From the NCBI GenBank assembly GCA_964596685.1, contig CAZQVA010000001.1, positions 64,881-128,880 on the forward strand: a stretch of DNA of 64,000 nucleotides. Reading direction: 5' to 3'. Below the pieces are notes generated by a model. It worked only from the letters and a program-made list of their open reading frames with translations, was not told the DNA's origin and ran no database searches. Origin of the DNA: an uncultured bacterium. Its GTDB lineage: Bacteria > Chlamydiota > Chlamydiia > Chlamydiales > VFKH01. This document shows, in pieces, positions 43,801 through 54,449 of this stretch (the first letter of the stretch is position 1; the number at the start of each line of letters is the position of its first letter). The position numbers were made by a program, and so were the translations under genes.

Positions 43801-45022
43801 CTTCGTTAGCTCGACGCTGAATCATTTTCTTAGCGGAGCGAATCGTGTAGACATACCCTAAATCTTTCAAACGCTTTACAATAAAAGGTTCAAAAAGCTC
43901 TAAGGCCATTTCTTTAGGTAGACCACACTGATTAAAGCGCAGTTCTGGTCCCACGATAATCACGGAACGCCCTGAATAGTCAACACGTTTACCCAGTAGG
44001 TTTTGACGGAATCGACCTTGTTTACCTTTCAACATCTCGGAAAGAGATTTCAATGGACGATTGCCCGCTCCCATCACTGGATGACCATGACGACCATTAT
44101 CAAAAAGAGCATCTACTGCCTCTTGCAACATACGTTGCTCGTTGCGAATGATCACATCTGGCGTCTTCAGCTTAAGAATTGCTTTAAGACGATTGTTACG
44201 ATTAATAACTCGTCTGTAAAGATCGTTAAGATCTGAGGTTGCAAAACGACCACCGTCTAAAGGCACAAGGGGGCGAAGATCAGGAGGAATGACCGGAACA
44301 GAAGACATGACCATCCATTCAGGCTTATTTGCGGATGATACAAAAGCTTCTACGATCTTTAAGCGTTTTGCCAGCTTCATGCGCGCTTGCATTGACTTGG
44401 TCTTTTTTAACTTGTCTTTAAGCTCAACAAGCAGCTCTTCCAATGGTTCTTTTTTGAGAAGATCTGCAATGGCTTCAGCACCCATTTTTGCGTCGAAAGC
44501 ATCCTTGCCATAGCGCTCTTGTGCTTCTCGGCACTCCTGCTCGGTCAACATTTGCTTAAGAGCTAAATCGGTGTTCTTAGGATCCGTGACAATAAATTCT
44601 TCGTAATAAATCACGCGCTCAAGATCGGAAGAAGATATTCCAAGTAAATTGCCGATACGGGAAGGCATGCTCTTAAAGAACCAAATGTGCACCACAGGTA
44701 CAGCAAGTTCAATGTGTGCCATACGTTCGCGGCGTACTCTTGAAAGAGTTACTTCCACTCCACAGCGATCGCACACAATGCCTTTATGCTTAATCTTCTT
44801 GTATTTACCGCATGCACATTCCCAATCCTTTGTAGGACCAAAAATTTTCTCGCAGAATAAGCCACCTTTTTCAGGTTTAAATGTGCGATAATTGATCGTC
44901 TCTGGCTTTTTAATTTCGCCATAAGACCATTCATCACGGACAATCTCATCGGAGGCAATCGAAATCGATAGCACATCAAATTCAGAGTCGTGTGCTTCCT
45001 CAAAAGTATTTTCTGAATGCAT
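40847..45022 (-). CDS. rpoC: DNA-directed RNA polymerase subunit beta'
   Basis: 1391 aa with the zinc-binding CxC..C..C N-terminus, the catalytic NADFDGDQM motif, and the bridge helix and trigger loop regions. Confidence 0.98.
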   Translation of the reverse strand: MHSENTFEEAHDSEFDVLSISIASDEIVRDEWSYGEIKKPETINYRTFKPEKGGLFCEKIFGPTKDWECACGKYKKIKHKGIVCDRCGVEVTLSRVRRERMAHIELAVPVVHIWFFKSMPSRIGNLLGISSSDLERVIYYEEFIVTDPKNTDLALKQMLTEQECREAQERYGKDAFDAKMGAEAIADLLKKEPLEELLVELKDKLKKTKSMQARMKLAKRLKIVEAFVSSANKPEWMVMSSVPVIPPDLRPLVPLDGGRFATSDLNDLYRRVINRNNRLKAILKLKTPDVIIRNEQRMLQEAVDALFDNGRHGHPVMGAGNRPLKSLSEMLKGKQGRFRQNLLGKRVDYSGRSVIIVGPELRFNQCGLPKEMALELFEPFIVKRLKDLGYVYTIRSAKKMIQRRANEVWDVLEEVIKGHPVLLNRAPTLHRLGIQAFEPILIEGKAIRVHPLVCAAFNADFDGDQMAVHVPLSVEAQLEAKLLMMAPDNIFLPSSGKPSAVPSKDMTLGLYYLMCDPLYIPEDHGKKTRVFRDTEEVLLALGAGSIETTLKEVAGGKRWESSGRGIHIHERIKLRLKDGIIETTPGRVLFNTLVPKELGFQNYSLPAKRMNQLILECYKKVGLEATVQFLDKVKNMGFAEATKAAISMGICDVRVPENKTQVITDAYDKVTVVKKQYHEGVITEGERKSKTIGIWTEVSERLADDLLALIKQPENSTLNPLYMMMDSGARTNRSQMKQLGALRGLMAKPSGEIIESPITSNFREGLTVLEYFVSSHGARKGLADTALKTADSGYLTRRLVDVAQDVIVMEHDCQTLNGIDVAPIKQGQEEILPLKDRIFGRTVCEDIYQPGDKSKLLARAGDIINAIQAEKIDDAGIESVRIRSALTCESKRGVCAHCYGMNLATGRIVALGEAVGIIGAQSIGEPGTQLTMRTFHVGGIASAGTAPELLVAQDGILVYADLRIVRNDEGHYLVLNKNGLLHIVRNEGRTLDEYKRLLATKSIEPLQSFSVELGTKILIADGELVKAGQKIAECEQHNIPIICDQPGYASYEDLVEGISTEKQLNKQTGQTELIVKQHRGELHPQIVIYADRDQKEVVGSYAIPSGAILSVHEGQYVSAGHLLARLPKGAIRTKDITGGLPRVAELCEARKPKEAAEIAKIDGTVHMRGVQKNKRLVAVIDEVSGMEEQHLIPLNKHLIVQQGDLVIKGQQLTDGLVVPHEILEICGVRELQKYLVNQVQEVYRLQGVDINDRHIEIIVRQMLQKVRVLDPGDTTLLFGEEITKKEFYEENRKTLEDGGKPAQAAPLLQGITKASLATDSFMSAASFQDTTRVLTEAACAGKQDMRRGHKESIIMGQLIPSGTGFEHSLAIRRLVERELDEPLVFDFTSAN

Positions 45023-45035
45023 TCACCCTCTCCAA

Positions 45036-48000
45036 TTATTTTGCGTTTTCTGCTTCATGTGCTACTTTTTTCAAGCGCACATCCAATCCAAGAGCCTGCA
45101 TCTCTTTAACCAATACGTTAAACGAAGCAGGTGTTCCTGCGCGCAGAGTATTATCTCCACGTACAATTGAGGCATAAATTTCAGTACGGCCACTAACATC
45201 ATCTGATTTCACTGTCAACATCTCCTGTAAGAGGTGTGCAGATCCATAAGCTTCTAAAGCCCACACTTCCATCTCCCCGAAACGTTGACCACCCATCTGG
45301 GCTTTACCGCCAAGAGGCTGTTGTGTCACGAGCGAGTAAGGACCAATCGAACGGGCGTGGATCTTATCAGCAACCAAGTGATTCAATTTCAGCATGTAGA
45401 TGTAACCAACCACTACACGTCCATCAAAGCGCTCACCTGTACGTCCATCGAAGAGCCAAGTCTTACCATCGCCAGGCAGACCTTGTTCCTTCATCATGCG
45501 CCAAATTTCACCCTCAGGGAATCCTTCAAAGACAGGGCTCTTCACATGCATTCCAGCAAGCTTTGCAGCCCATCCCAAGTGTGTTTCAAGCAATTGCCCC
45601 ATGTTCATACGGGAAGGTACGCCTAATGGGTTCAAAATGATTTCAATTGATTGACCATTTGGCAAGAATGGCATATCGGCTTCCGGAACAATTTTAGAGA
45701 CAACCCCTTTGTTACCGTGACGACCCGCCATTTTATCGCCAACTTGTAGCTTGCGCTTCGTTGCAATATAGACTTTTACTTGATGAATCACGCCTGCATC
45801 GAGATCTGTATCCCCTTTACGGAGGAATTCAAGATCCTTCTTATAGCGTTCTTCCAATTCCACAAAAGCACGTTCAGCCTCTAACAGAACCTTCTTTAAC
45901 TCATCAAATAGATCATTATGAGGCAAGAGTAGATCAGCAACTTTGTATTGTTCTAAGCTACGCAGTGTCTCTTCTGTGATCAATTGACCATTATCAATAA
46001 GGAGGTCAGCAGTTTTGCGATGTAAAATTGCGCCTGGAGCTTTTTCGCCAAGAAGGAAAGCACCTAACTGTTCAAAGCGACGCATTTGAATCTCAGTGAC
46101 AGCTGTGCGATATTCCTTTTGGATGTCTTTTAAACGACTTGCTTCTTCAACTAATTCATCGTCACTCTTAGATAGACGATCTCTTCGACTAAAGATTTTT
46201 ACATCCATAACGACACCCTCTGTACCTGGGGGCACAGTTAGCGAGGCATCTTTTACATCTGCTGCTTTTTCGCCGAAAATTGCGCGCAATAGGCGCTCTT
46301 CAGGAGCAAGTTCAGTTTCTGATTTAGGTGTAATTTTACCAACAAGGATATCACCAGGTTTTACTTCAGAAGCAACGCGGATAATACCGTCCTCGCCTAA
46401 ATTCGCGAGAGCTTCTTCTGGGACGTTAGGGATATCACGCGTGATTTCTTCTTTACCCAACTTAGTATCGCGAGCGATCAACTCAAACTCTTCAATATAA
46501 ATCGAGGTGTAATAATCTTCTCTCAACAACTTTTCAGAGATAATAATCGCATCTTCAAAGTTATATCCGCACCAGGGCATGAAGGCTACTAAGACGTTTT
46601 GCCCTAAAGCTACTTCACCGCGATCAGTCGCTGGACCATCTGCTAAGACATCACCGGCTTTTAATTCATCGCCGACGTTGCAAAGAGGAGCCTGGTTAAT
46701 GCAAGAGCCCGAATTAGAGCGCAAGAATTTCTTTAAAGCGTAAGTGTGCTTTAAGAGAGGGTTCTCTTTGGCTGCAACAACAATCTTGTAAGCATCCACA
46801 TATTCAACAACGCCATCATGTTCAGCAATGATCACTGCACCAGAATCACGTGCAGCGCGAGCCTCAAGACCGGTACCTACAATAGGTGCAGCGGGCCTTA
46901 AAAGAGGTAAAGCTTGACGTTGCATGTTCGAGCCCATCAATGCGCGGTTCGCATCGTCGTGCTCGAGGAATGGAATCAATCCTGTAACGATCGACACAAG
47001 CTGCTTAGGCGAAACGTCCATATGTGTAACACGAGGAGCCTCTACTTCGACAAATTCCCCATTGTGGTGTGCAAGGACAATTTCATTAGTGAACATTGAA
47101 TAATCATCGAGCTCTGTGGAAGCTTGGGCAATAATGCACCCTTCTTCACCATCTGCTGTCATATACTCGATTTCATCTGTGACAACGCCATCTTTCACAA
47201 TGCGGTAAGGAGTCTCAATAAAACCAAACTCATTGATCTTTGCAAATGCAGAGAGCGATGTGATAAGACCAATGTTTGGACCTTCAGGCGTTTCAATCGG
47301 ACAAATACGTCCATAGTGACTAGTATGCACGTCGCGCACTTCAAAGCCCGCTCTTTCGCGATTTAAGCCGCCTGGCCCTAAGGAAGAAAGGCGACGCTTA
47401 TGCGTCAATTCAGCCATTGGGTTAGTTTGTTCCATGAACTGTGAAAGCTGCGAACGACCGTAGAAATCTTTTAGTACACCTGACAAACCTTTAGCACTTA
47501 CTACTTTAGCTGGTGTTAAGGTGTCGGAGGAGAAGTCAAATAGATTCATACGCTCTTTAATGATACGTTCCATGCGAGCAAGGCCCACACGGCATTGATT
47601 CTGAATCAATTCACCTACAGAACGTACACGACGATTGCCCAAATGATCAATGTCATCAACAAGCGCCTTTTGATCCCCTTGTTTTAAGCGAATCAGGTAT
47701 TTGAGAGCTTCGATCACATCTTCTTTGCGAAGAGTGACTTTACGCAATTCCTCTTCGTTAACGGGAAGATCCAGTTTTTTATTCAACTTGTAGCGGCCTA
47801 CTTTACCTAAATTATAGCGTTTAGGATCAAAAAAGAGGCGCATCATCGCTGAACGAGCGTTAGCAATCGTTGCAGGCTCACCTGGACGCAATTTGCGGTA
47901 GAAATCTTTCAAAGCTGACTCATAAGAATCAGTTGTGTCTTTGGCAAGCATTTTTAAGATAGGGTGATTTTCATCAGCGTCATGAGCGATTTTGACGCGA

Positions 48001-48815
48001 GAAATACCTGCATCAAGCATGCGTTTAAGCATTGCTGTCGTCAGCTTTTCACCGGCTTTTCCAAAAACAACCTGTGTTTCTTCATCTATCACAGGAGCTG
48101 CTAAAACTTTACCGACTAGCTTTTCAAAGGCTTTTTCTGAGCGGAATGTTAGATCTTCCGTTTTAAAAAATTCTTCGATGATATCTGCATCAGTGGAATA
48201 TCCCAACGTGCGCACAAAGGTGGTTGCAAGAATCTTACGGCGACGCTTCTTTCTATCGATGTAGACGTAAATTAAATCATTGAGGTCGAAAGAGGCCTCA
48301 AGCCAGCTACCACGATAAGGAATGAGTCGGAATGAATATAGCGTGATTCCCTTAACATGGCGCTCTTGTTCAAAAGCAAGCCCAGGAGAACGGTGGAGCT
48401 GCGATACAATAACTCGCTCCGCGCCGTTGATAATAAAGGTACCTTTATCAGTCATCAAAGGAATCGTGCCCATATACACTTCTTCTTCCTTGATCCCTGT
48501 TTCATCGGTCAGGCGGAACTTCACCTTGAGTGTTACCTGATAGCTTGTACCACGGCGTGTTGCCTCTTCAGGCGTATATTTTGGCACACCAAGCGTATAA
48601 GAAACGAACTCTAAGACGGTCTTTTCGTCATAAGATTTAATGGGAAAAATCTCACTAAAAACTTCTTGTAACCCGATATTCTCCCTTTCTTCAGGAAGTT
48701 TATCTGCTTGCAAAAAGTGTTGATAAGATTTAATTTGGACTTCAATGAGATTGGGAAGATCAATGATCTCCTCTTTTTCGATGAAGCCGACACGTTGAGG
48801 TGGTCTTTTAAGCAT
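45036..48815 (-). CDS. rpoB: DNA-directed RNA polymerase subunit beta
   Basis: 1259 aa with conserved beta blocks ([33 protein letters not shown] rif region, [24 protein letters not shown]-like). Confidence 0.98.
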   Translation of the reverse strand: MLKRPPQRVGFIEKEEIIDLPNLIEVQIKSYQHFLQADKLPEERENIGLQEVFSEIFPIKSYDEKTVLEFVSYTLGVPKYTPEEATRRGTSYQVTLKVKFRLTDETGIKEEEVYMGTIPLMTDKGTFIINGAERVIVSQLHRSPGLAFEQERHVKGITLYSFRLIPYRGSWLEASFDLNDLIYVYIDRKKRRRKILATTFVRTLGYSTDADIIEEFFKTEDLTFRSEKAFEKLVGKVLAAPVIDEETQVVFGKAGEKLTTAMLKRMLDAGISRVKIAHDADENHPILKMLAKDTTDSYESALKDFYRKLRPGEPATIANARSAMMRLFFDPKRYNLGKVGRYKLNKKLDLPVNEEELRKVTLRKEDVIEALKYLIRLKQGDQKALVDDIDHLGNRRVRSVGELIQNQCRVGLARMERIIKERMNLFDFSSDTLTPAKVVSAKGLSGVLKDFYGRSQLSQFMEQTNPMAELTHKRRLSSLGPGGLNRERAGFEVRDVHTSHYGRICPIETPEGPNIGLITSLSAFAKINEFGFIETPYRIVKDGVVTDEIEYMTADGEEGCIIAQASTELDDYSMFTNEIVLAHHNGEFVEVEAPRVTHMDVSPKQLVSIVTGLIPFLEHDDANRALMGSNMQRQALPLLRPAAPIVGTGLEARAARDSGAVIIAEHDGVVEYVDAYKIVVAAKENPLLKHTYALKKFLRSNSGSCINQAPLCNVGDELKAGDVLADGPATDRGEVALGQNVLVAFMPWCGYNFEDAIIISEKLLREDYYTSIYIEEFELIARDTKLGKEEITRDIPNVPEEALANLGEDGIIRVASEVKPGDILVGKITPKSETELAPEERLLRAIFGEKAADVKDASLTVPPGTEGVVMDVKIFSRRDRLSKSDDELVEEASRLKDIQKEYRTAVTEIQMRRFEQLGAFLLGEKAPGAILHRKTADLLIDNGQLITEETLRSLEQYKVADLLLPHNDLFDELKKVLLEAERAFVELEERYKKDLEFLRKGDTDLDAGVIHQVKVYIATKRKLQVGDKMAGRHGNKGVVSKIVPEADMPFLPNGQSIEIILNPLGVPSRMNMGQLLETHLGWAAKLAGMHVKSPVFEGFPEGEIWRMMKEQGLPGDGKTWLFDGRTGERFDGRVVVGYIYMLKLNHLVADKIHARSIGPYSLVTQQPLGGKAQMGGQRFGEMEVWALEAYGSAHLLQEMLTVKSDDVSGRTEIYASIVRGDNTLRAGTPASFNVLVKEMQALGLDVRLKKVAHEAENAK

Positions 48816-49090
48816 ACAGCAGAGGCCCCTAGCGGTTTGAATGTCACCTTGTCGAACACATCGTATAGTCTGTTTTAAGACTAAAAAACATGCTCATTTT
48901 TCTGATATGGAGATTTTTCGTCAGAAGCAAAAAAATTCCCATAACAAAGAAAAGAGATGTTGCAACGAGTATACCATTTTTGCCATCTAATGTGAAGGCA
49001 ACAAAAGGCGGCCTTTAGGGACTAGTAAATTTACGCTTACTAGCCTTACCAAAAACCGCCTTGTCAGCGATGCTTAAGCACGCAAAAGGA

Positions 49091-49471
49091 CTACAGACCT
49101 TTTACAGCAACTTTGCAGCCAGCTTCTTGAAGTTTTTTCGCAATATCTTGAGCTTCAGCTTTTGCAACGCCTGTTTTCAGTTGCTTTGGAGCACCATCAA
49201 CTAGGTCTTTTGCTTCTTTTAAGCCGAGTCCTGTAATTTCACGAACAGTTTTAATTGCTGCAATTTTCTTATCAGCTGGAACTTCTTCCAGAATCACTTC
49301 AAATTCTGTTGATTCAGCAGCAGCTTCAGCAGCAGCGGCTACAGGTGCAGCAACTGCAACAGCAGCAGCAGCAGCTTTAACGCCCCACTTTTCTTCCAAA
49401 GCAGTCTTTAATTCTGCCATTTCAAGAACTGTGAGGTTGCTCAGCGCATCGATAAGAGCTTGTTTATCCAC
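49091..49471 (-). CDS. rplL: 50S ribosomal protein L7/L12
   Basis: 126 aa with an Ala-rich hinge and the C-terminal domain [30 protein letters not shown] start. Confidence 0.97.
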   Translation of the reverse strand: MDKQALIDALSNLTVLEMAELKTALEEKWGVKAAAAAVAVAAPVAAAAEAAAESTEFEVILEEVPADKKIAAIKTVREITGLGLKEAKDLVDGAPKQLKTGVAKAEAQDIAKKLQEAGCKVAVKGL

Positions 49472-49499
49472 GGTATACCTCTAATATAGAATATAAAAA

Positions 49500-50021
49500 T
49501 TAATTTTCAGAATCTTTCTTTGCCTTATTATCTAGGCAATACAGTACGCTGGCCACCAAGGCTTCCATAACCGCCAATGTTTGTGACATTGGAGCCTCAA
49601 AGAGACCGAGCAATTGTGCGCGCATTTCGTCTTTGCCTGGCAGTTTGGAAAGCAACTCGACATCTTTTTGTCCATATGCTTTTCCATCGATGCAAGCACC
49701 TACTACAGAAACAACGTTATCATTTGCTTTTGCAAAGGTGAACACTGTTTTTGCTGCATCAACAGCATCTTCTGCTGCAAACACAACGCCTAAGTGTCCT
49801 GCAAATTTTCCCAAAGTTATATCAACATTGAGATCACTAGCAGCCTTTAGAAAAACTTTTTTACGTACCACTTCGTAGTCGGCACTCTTTTGACGTAGGT
49901 CGTTACGAAAAGCCGTTGCAACATTAGCCGCTAGACCTTTGTATTCTACCAAGACAAAAGAGGGGCGTTGACGAATCTTGTCCTTGATCTCTTCAAGTAA
50001 GAGAGTCTTTTCTTTTCTCAT
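49500..50021 (-). CDS. rplJ: 50S ribosomal protein L10
   Basis: L10 pattern and operon position. The Met at 50021 (MRKEKTLLLEEIKDKI, 173 aa) is preferred because the tracked start at 50060 would overlap rplA. Confidence 0.93.
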   Translation of the reverse strand: MRKEKTLLLEEIKDKIRQRPSFVLVEYKGLAANVATAFRNDLRQKSADYEVVRKKVFLKAASDLNVDITLGKFAGHLGVVFAAEDAVDAAKTVFTFAKANDNVVSVVGACIDGKAYGQKDVELLSKLPGKDEMRAQLLGLFEAPMSQTLAVMEALVASVLYCLDNKAKKDSEN

Positions 50022-50034
50022 CACTCTACCCCTT

Positions 50035-50733
50035 TTAAGTTGCCGTAAATTCGCCCACATTCAATTTGAGGCCAGGCCCCATCGTCGAAGAGAGGACGAT
50101 CGATTGCAAGTAATGACCCTTTGCCGCCGCAGGCTTCGCCTTAAGAACAGCTCCGATGTAGGCTTGAATGTTCACTTTCAAACTTTCAACATCGAAGGAT
50201 AACTTACCTACGCCAGAATTGATCACGCCGGAGCGGTCGACTTTAAATTCAACCTTACCTGCTTTAATCTCTTTCACAGCAGCGCCAACATCGTTTGTTA
50301 CGTTTCCAGCTTTCGGTGTAGGCATTAACCCGCGTGGTCCTAAAACCTTACCGAGTTTACCCACTTCGCGCATCATTTCTGGAGTCGCAACGACAGCATC
50401 AAAGCCTGTCCATCCTTCTGCGACCTGTTTCAGTAACTCGTCACTTCCTGCAAACTCAGCTCCAGCGGCTAAGGCTTCTTGCACCTTATCGCCGCGTGCA
50501 AAAACTAGCACGCTCAGGGACTTTCCGGTACCCTTCGGTAAGGATACTGTGCCGCGCACCTGCTGATCTGATTTACGAGGATCGACGCCCATTTTCAAGG
50601 AAAGCTCAACAGTCTGATCAAATTTGACTGGAGGGCAAGCCTTGAGGTGTTCGATTGCCTGATCAAGCGCATATGTCTGATAGACATCAACTTGTGAGGC
50701 AATCTGCCGAATACGTTTGCTTTTTCGACCCAT
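50035..50733 (-). CDS. rplA: 50S ribosomal protein L1
   Basis: 232 aa with L1 blocks ([30 protein letters not shown]). Confidence 0.97.
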   Translation of the reverse strand: MGRKSKRIRQIASQVDVYQTYALDQAIEHLKACPPVKFDQTVELSLKMGVDPRKSDQQVRGTVSLPKGTGKSLSVLVFARGDKVQEALAAGAEFAGSDELLKQVAEGWTGFDAVVATPEMMREVGKLGKVLGPRGLMPTPKAGNVTNDVGAAVKEIKAGKVEFKVDRSGVINSGVGKLSFDVESLKVNIQAYIGAVLKAKPAAAKGHYLQSIVLSSTMGPGLKLNVGEFTAT

Positions 50734-50759
50734 ACTCTACTTATTTTCTTCTAACAATG

Positions 50760-51185
50760 TTAATCAACGATATCAATGCCCATAGAGCGCGCAGAACCCA
50801 TCACGGTACGCATTGCAGCTTCTACGGAAGCAGCATTCATATCGCAACATTTTTCTTCTGCAATTTTACGCACTTGTGCCATCGTGAGTTTTCCCACTTT
50901 ATCTCTGTGGGGAACCTTTGAACCACTCGTAACTCCCGATGCTTTCTTAATAAGACCAGTCATTGGAGGTTTTTTTGTGATAAAGGTAAAGGATTTATCG
51001 GAAAAGACCGAAATCTCTGTAGGCAGAACATCGCCAGCTTGTGCCTGTGTCTTAGCATTGAATTCTTTACAGAATCCCATAATATTGACACCCGCAGCAC
51101 CCAAGGCAGGACCAATTGGTGGAGCTGGGTTTGCTTTTCCCGCTGGGATCTGCAATTTAATGATTTTAACGAGTTTTTTTGCCAT
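50760..51185 (-). CDS. rplK: 50S ribosomal protein L11
   Basis: 141 aa with the N-terminal [20 protein letters not shown] signature. Confidence 0.97.
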   Translation of the reverse strand: MAKKLVKIIKLQIPAGKANPAPPIGPALGAAGVNIMGFCKEFNAKTQAQAGDVLPTEISVFSDKSFTFITKKPPMTGLIKKASGVTSGSKVPHRDKVGKLTMAQVRKIAEEKCCDMNAASVEAAMRTVMGSARSMGIDIVD

Positions 51186-51284
51186 GTCCTCTTTCCTTAG
51201 AAAGTCATTTAAAATAACGCCCTAGCACCATAAAGAGGCATTAGGCAAAAGAGCGTGCCCATTTAATACTAAAAAGAAGATTGA

Positions 51285-51833
51285 TTATTGATTCTCGTAA
51301 GAATCATTAATCCCTTCTACTTGCCAGAATTCCAAATCGTCAACGCGCGTGTCCCTTCCAAAGATTGAGACCAGTACACTTAAACGACCCTTATCGTGGA
51401 ATACATCTGTGATTGTTCCGATGAAATTCACAAATACGCCGTCGACAATCTTAACGCGATCACCAACTTCAAATTGATGTTTTTGTGTTACTTTTGTCTG
51501 CTTATCATCAAGATCTCTGAGAAGCGCTTCCACTTCCTCATCAGCCAACTGATGTGGCTTGCTAGATCCCAGGAAATCGATAACACCGGGTGTCTGTTTG
51601 ATGTACATCCAAGAATCATCGTTCAAGTGCATTTTTACTAGAATATATCCAGGCCAAATACGCTTTTCGCTAATTTTTTGTTCACCCTGCTTCACCTCAG
51701 AAACATTTTCTGTCGGCACTAAGACGCGTTCGATCAATCCATCCATGCCTTGGGCTTGGAGGCTATCCTCGATTGCTTTTTTTACCTTCTTTTCCTGACT
51801 GGAGAAGACTTGAACGACATACCATTTATTCAT
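51285..51833 (-). CDS. nusG: Transcription termination/antitermination factor NusG
   Basis: It has NGN (KWYVVQVFSSQEKKV) and KOW (FEVGDRVKIVDGVF) domains. The ATG at 51833 is preferred over the tracked TTG at 51842. Confidence 0.95.
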   Translation of the reverse strand: MNKWYVVQVFSSQEKKVKKAIEDSLQAQGMDGLIERVLVPTENVSEVKQGEQKISEKRIWPGYILVKMHLNDDSWMYIKQTPGVIDFLGSSKPHQLADEEVEALLRDLDDKQTKVTQKHQFEVGDRVKIVDGVFVNFIGTITDVFHDKGRLSVLVSIFGRDTRVDDLEFWQVEGINDSYENQ

Positions 51834-51866
51834 GTGAAACAACTCTTGCGTAATAAAATACAGGCT

Positions 51867-52124
51867 TCAGAATAGGGAAACCAGCCAAGCCAGGGTCTTC
51901 AAGACGCCTTGTATGACAAGATCAACAGCGTAAATAAAAAAGCCAAATAAAAAGGTTGCTGAAACCACCACTTTCGTCAAGAGTGCTAGCTCTTTCTTTG
52001 ATGTCCAAGCGATGTTTTTAAACTCATGCTTAATGCCACCGAAAAACTCGATAATATCAGTTTTTGCTAGTGTCGGTTTTACAGCTTGAGATGTCGAACT
52101 TACGTCTTTTTTAGTGGTTTCCAC
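51867..52124 (-). CDS. secE: Preprotein translocase subunit SecE
   Basis: 85 aa with a single C-terminal TM and the conserved position immediately upstream of nusG. GTG start. Confidence 0.85.
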   Translation of the reverse strand: METTKKDVSSTSQAVKPTLAKTDIIEFFGGIKHEFKNIAWTSKKELALLTKVVVSATFLFGFFIYAVDLVIQGVLKTLAWLVSLF

Positions 52125-52151
52125 GAAAACGCTACCTTATTTGACTATCTT

Positions 52152-52313
52152 AACGTGAGTTCGACTTTAAATCGACTTTTGATCGTTGTTTCAGAGGCAT
52201 CTGCTTATAAACTCCTCTTGGACATGGCACGTTGGCCATGGCCTTCAAGGCGTTTATCACCAGCTATCCTCTAAAACAACGATCAAAAGTCGATTTAAAG
52301 TCGAACCCACGTT
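52152..52313. mobile_element. 162-bp MITE-like palindromic element inserted between tRNA-Trp and secE
   Basis: The 46-bp terminal inverted repeats (52152-52197 and 52268-52313) differ at 2 positions. The element is flanked by direct ATCTT copies (52147-52151 and 52314-52318), and its interior is partly self-complementary around GGCCATGGCC. No ORF is present. Confidence 0.7.
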
Positions 52314-52330
52314 ATCTTAAACGCAATTAA

Positions 52331-52403
52331 CGAGTGCAGAAGGATTCGAACCTCCGACCGGCGACTTTGGAGATCGCTGCTCTACCAGCTGAGCTATACA
52401 CCC
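52331..52403 (-). tRNA. tRNA-Trp (anticodon CCA)
   Basis: Reverse-complement cloverleaf: acceptor GGGTGTA/TGCACTC (two G-U pairs), D arm GCTC-AGCTGGTA-GAGC, anticodon loop CTCCAAA, T loop TTCGAAT. It holds the conserved position between tuf and secE. Confidence 0.88.
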
Positions 52404-52495
52404 TTAAAAACTCATCCCACTCAAAAAAGGGCGGGATGAGCCATCTGTCACTGGGTATCTCATACCCAGTGATCAATCACATCACTAATTCGCGA

Positions 52496-53680
52496 CTATT
52501 CGATGATTTTAGAAACAGTACCCGCACCAATTGTACGTCCACCTTCGCGGATCGCAAAGCGCATACCTTCTTCCATCGCAATCGGAGCAATCAGTTCAAC
52601 TGCCAATTCAACGTTATCGCCTGGCATCACCATCTCAACACCTTCAGGAAGAGTTACGATACCTGTAACGTCTGTTGTACGGAAGTAGAACTGAGGACGG
52701 TAGCCACTGAAGAAAGGCTTATGACGGCCACCTTCTTGTTGTGTCAACACGTACACAGTTGCTTTGAACTTTGTATGAGGTGTGCAAGTACCTGGCGCAG
52801 CAAGAACCATTCCACGCTCGATGTCTTTTTTATCGACACCGCGGAGAAGAATACCCACGTTATCACCAGCGCAAGCTTCATCCAACAATTTGTTGAACAT
52901 CTCAAGACCAGTTGCAACAGTTTCTTTTGTAGGACGGAGTCCAACGAGCTGCAATTTGTCGTTTACATGAACGCGACCGCGCTCTGCACGACCAGTAGCA
53001 ACTGTACCACGACCGGAAATAGAGAATACGTCTTCAACTGGCATCAAGAATGGCTTGTCAACTTCACGAGTTGGAGTTGGGATCTTTTCATCCACAATAC
53101 GCATTAACTCATTAATTGCCTCGACATACTTTGCATCGCCTTCAAGAGCTTTAAGAGCTGAACCACGGATGATTGGTACATCTTTGTAACCTTTCGATTC
53201 GAGCAATTCTGTCAATTCCATCTCAACAAGGTCGATCAATTCTTGATCAGATTCGCCAATCATATCCACTTTGTTCAAGAAAACAACAATCGCAGGAACA
53301 CCAACTTGGCGAGCCAAGAGGATGTGCTCTTTTGTTTGGGGCATCGCACCATCAGTTGCCGCAACAACCAAGATTGCGCCGTCCATCTGAGCAGCACCTG
53401 TAATCATGTTCTTAACATAGTCAGCGTGGCCGGGGCAATCTACGTGTGCGTAGTGGCGGTTGGCTGTCTCATACTCAACGTGCGCAGTATTAATTGTAAT
53501 ACCGCGTGCTTTCTCTTCTGGGGTATTGTCAATCGAAGCATAGTCTCTATACTTTGCTTTGCCTTGCTCTGCCAGAATCTTTGTGATCGCAGCTGTTAGG
53601 GTCGTTTTGCCGTGGTCAACGTGTCCAATCGTACCAATGTTGACGTGGGGTTTAGACCGCTGAAAGGTTTCTTTTGCCAT
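52496..53680 (-). CDS. tuf: Elongation factor Tu
   Basis: 394 aa with [18 protein letters not shown] and NKVD GTPase motifs. The full-length EF-Tu sequence is unmistakable. Confidence 0.99.
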   Translation of the reverse strand: MAKETFQRSKPHVNIGTIGHVDHGKTTLTAAITKILAEQGKAKYRDYASIDNTPEEKARGITINTAHVEYETANRHYAHVDCPGHADYVKNMITGAAQMDGAILVVAATDGAMPQTKEHILLARQVGVPAIVVFLNKVDMIGESDQELIDLVEMELTELLESKGYKDVPIIRGSALKALEGDAKYVEAINELMRIVDEKIPTPTREVDKPFLMPVEDVFSISGRGTVATGRAERGRVHVNDKLQLVGLRPTKETVATGLEMFNKLLDEACAGDNVGILLRGVDKKDIERGMVLAAPGTCTPHTKFKATVYVLTQQEGGRHKPFFSGYRPQFYFRTTDVTGIVTLPEGVEMVMPGDNVELAVELIAPIAMEEGMRFAIREGGRTIGAGTVSKIIE

Positions 53681-53724
53681 TTTAGTCTATCCTCCATCGG
53701 GATCTTTTTAATTTATTTTGCAAA

Positions 53725-53796
53725 TGCCCAGAATAGGAATTGAACCTACGGCCTTTTGCTTACCATGCAAATGCTCTACCACTGAGCTATCTGGGC
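53725..53796 (-). tRNA. tRNA-Thr (anticodon GGU)
   Basis: Reverse-complement cloverleaf: acceptor GCCCAGA/TCTGGGC, D arm GCTC-AGTGGTA-GAGC, anticodon arm TTTGC-ATGGTAA-GCAAA, T loop TTCAATT. It lies immediately upstream of tuf. Confidence 0.9.
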
Positions 53797-54062
53797 TTAT
53801 CCTGGGCTCAATCATGGGCTCATCATGCTTCTTTAAGGACTTCATTACAAAATCCATTCATAGCACTTTGGCGTACTCTACAAGCACATCACATGAGCGA
53901 ACTATCTTTAGCACCCTCATTTCGGGTACCCGCATTTCATCTCCTAGCCGCTAGCTGACCTGATTTGCAGATTCACCAGGAATAGCGACTATAGACCTGA
54001 GCAAGTCTAACCGGCAGCAAGATATAATTGCAACGACAAGTTGATTGTTCTGTCTAAACTCT

Positions 54063-54131
54063 AGTTAGAAGCCTCAACTCCAGTTAGAAGCCTCAACTCC
54101 AGTTAGAAGCCTCAACTCCAGTTAGAAGCCT
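54063..54131. repeat. Non-coding perfect tandem repeat, 19-bp unit x about 3.6
   Basis: AGTTAGAAGCCTCAACTCC is repeated head-to-tail at 54063, 54082 and 54101, with a 12-nt partial copy at 54120. It ends 8 nt from the infA stop codon. Confidence 0.95.
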
Positions 54132-54139
54132 TACCTCTC

Positions 54140-54358
54140 CTAACCCTTGCGGTAAACAATGCGTGCCTTTGTTAAATCATAGGGAGACATCTCTACTGTT
54201 ACAGCATCACCAGCTGAAACGCGAATATTACGCATGCGCATCTTACCGCATAAATGAGCAAGAACTTCCATGCCATTCTGTAATTGAACCAGAAAAGTCA
54301 TATTGGGCAGCAACTCTTTGACTACGCCGTCAAGGCGCAGTGTATCTTCTTTTGACAT
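54140..54358 (-). CDS. infA: Translation initiation factor IF-1
   Basis: S1-like IF-1 sequence ([29 protein letters not shown]...). The Met at 54358 gives the canonical 72 aa. Confidence 0.96.
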   Translation of the reverse strand: MSKEDTLRLDGVVKELLPNMTFLVQLQNGMEVLAHLCGKMRMRNIRVSAGDAVTVEMSPYDLTKARIVYRKG

Positions 54359-54449
54359 ATAATCAAAAACCAAGGGAAAATAGGAATATCAATATATTAA
54401 AGTCCTTTGTGCGAGTTTTCGTCAAATCCTTTTTCCAAAATCTATTTTC

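Noticed and set aside
48880-49090. Possible attenuator or terminator structure in the rplL-rpoB spacer (AAGGCGG...CCGCCTT and CTAGTAA...TTACTAG inverted repeats)
   Set aside because: The short inverted repeats are real, and an rplL-rpoB attenuator is known in other bacteria. However, I could not define a convincing stem plus U tract by eye, so it is not reported as a feature.
50168-51225. 132-aa, 97-aa and 149-aa ORFs on the plus strand
   Set aside because: They are antisense to rplA and rplK. Their Pro/Ser/Thr/Ala-rich mirror-frame translations indicate that the ribosomal protein genes on the minus strand are the real ones.
52334-53107. 257-aa ORF on the plus strand
   Set aside because: It lies entirely antisense to tuf and overlaps tRNA-Trp. 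Its composition is low-complexity and Cys/His/Thr/Asn-rich. It is a mirror-frame artefact of the highly expressed EF-Tu gene.
53718-53958. 78-aa and 72-aa plus-strand ORFs
   Set aside because: Both start inside the tRNA-Thr gene on the opposite strand, and neither has a coding signature.
54063-54131. Possible CRISPR array
   Set aside because: The repeats are directly adjacent with no spacers, the unit is only 19 bp, and no cas genes are in the window. This is a simple tandem repeat.
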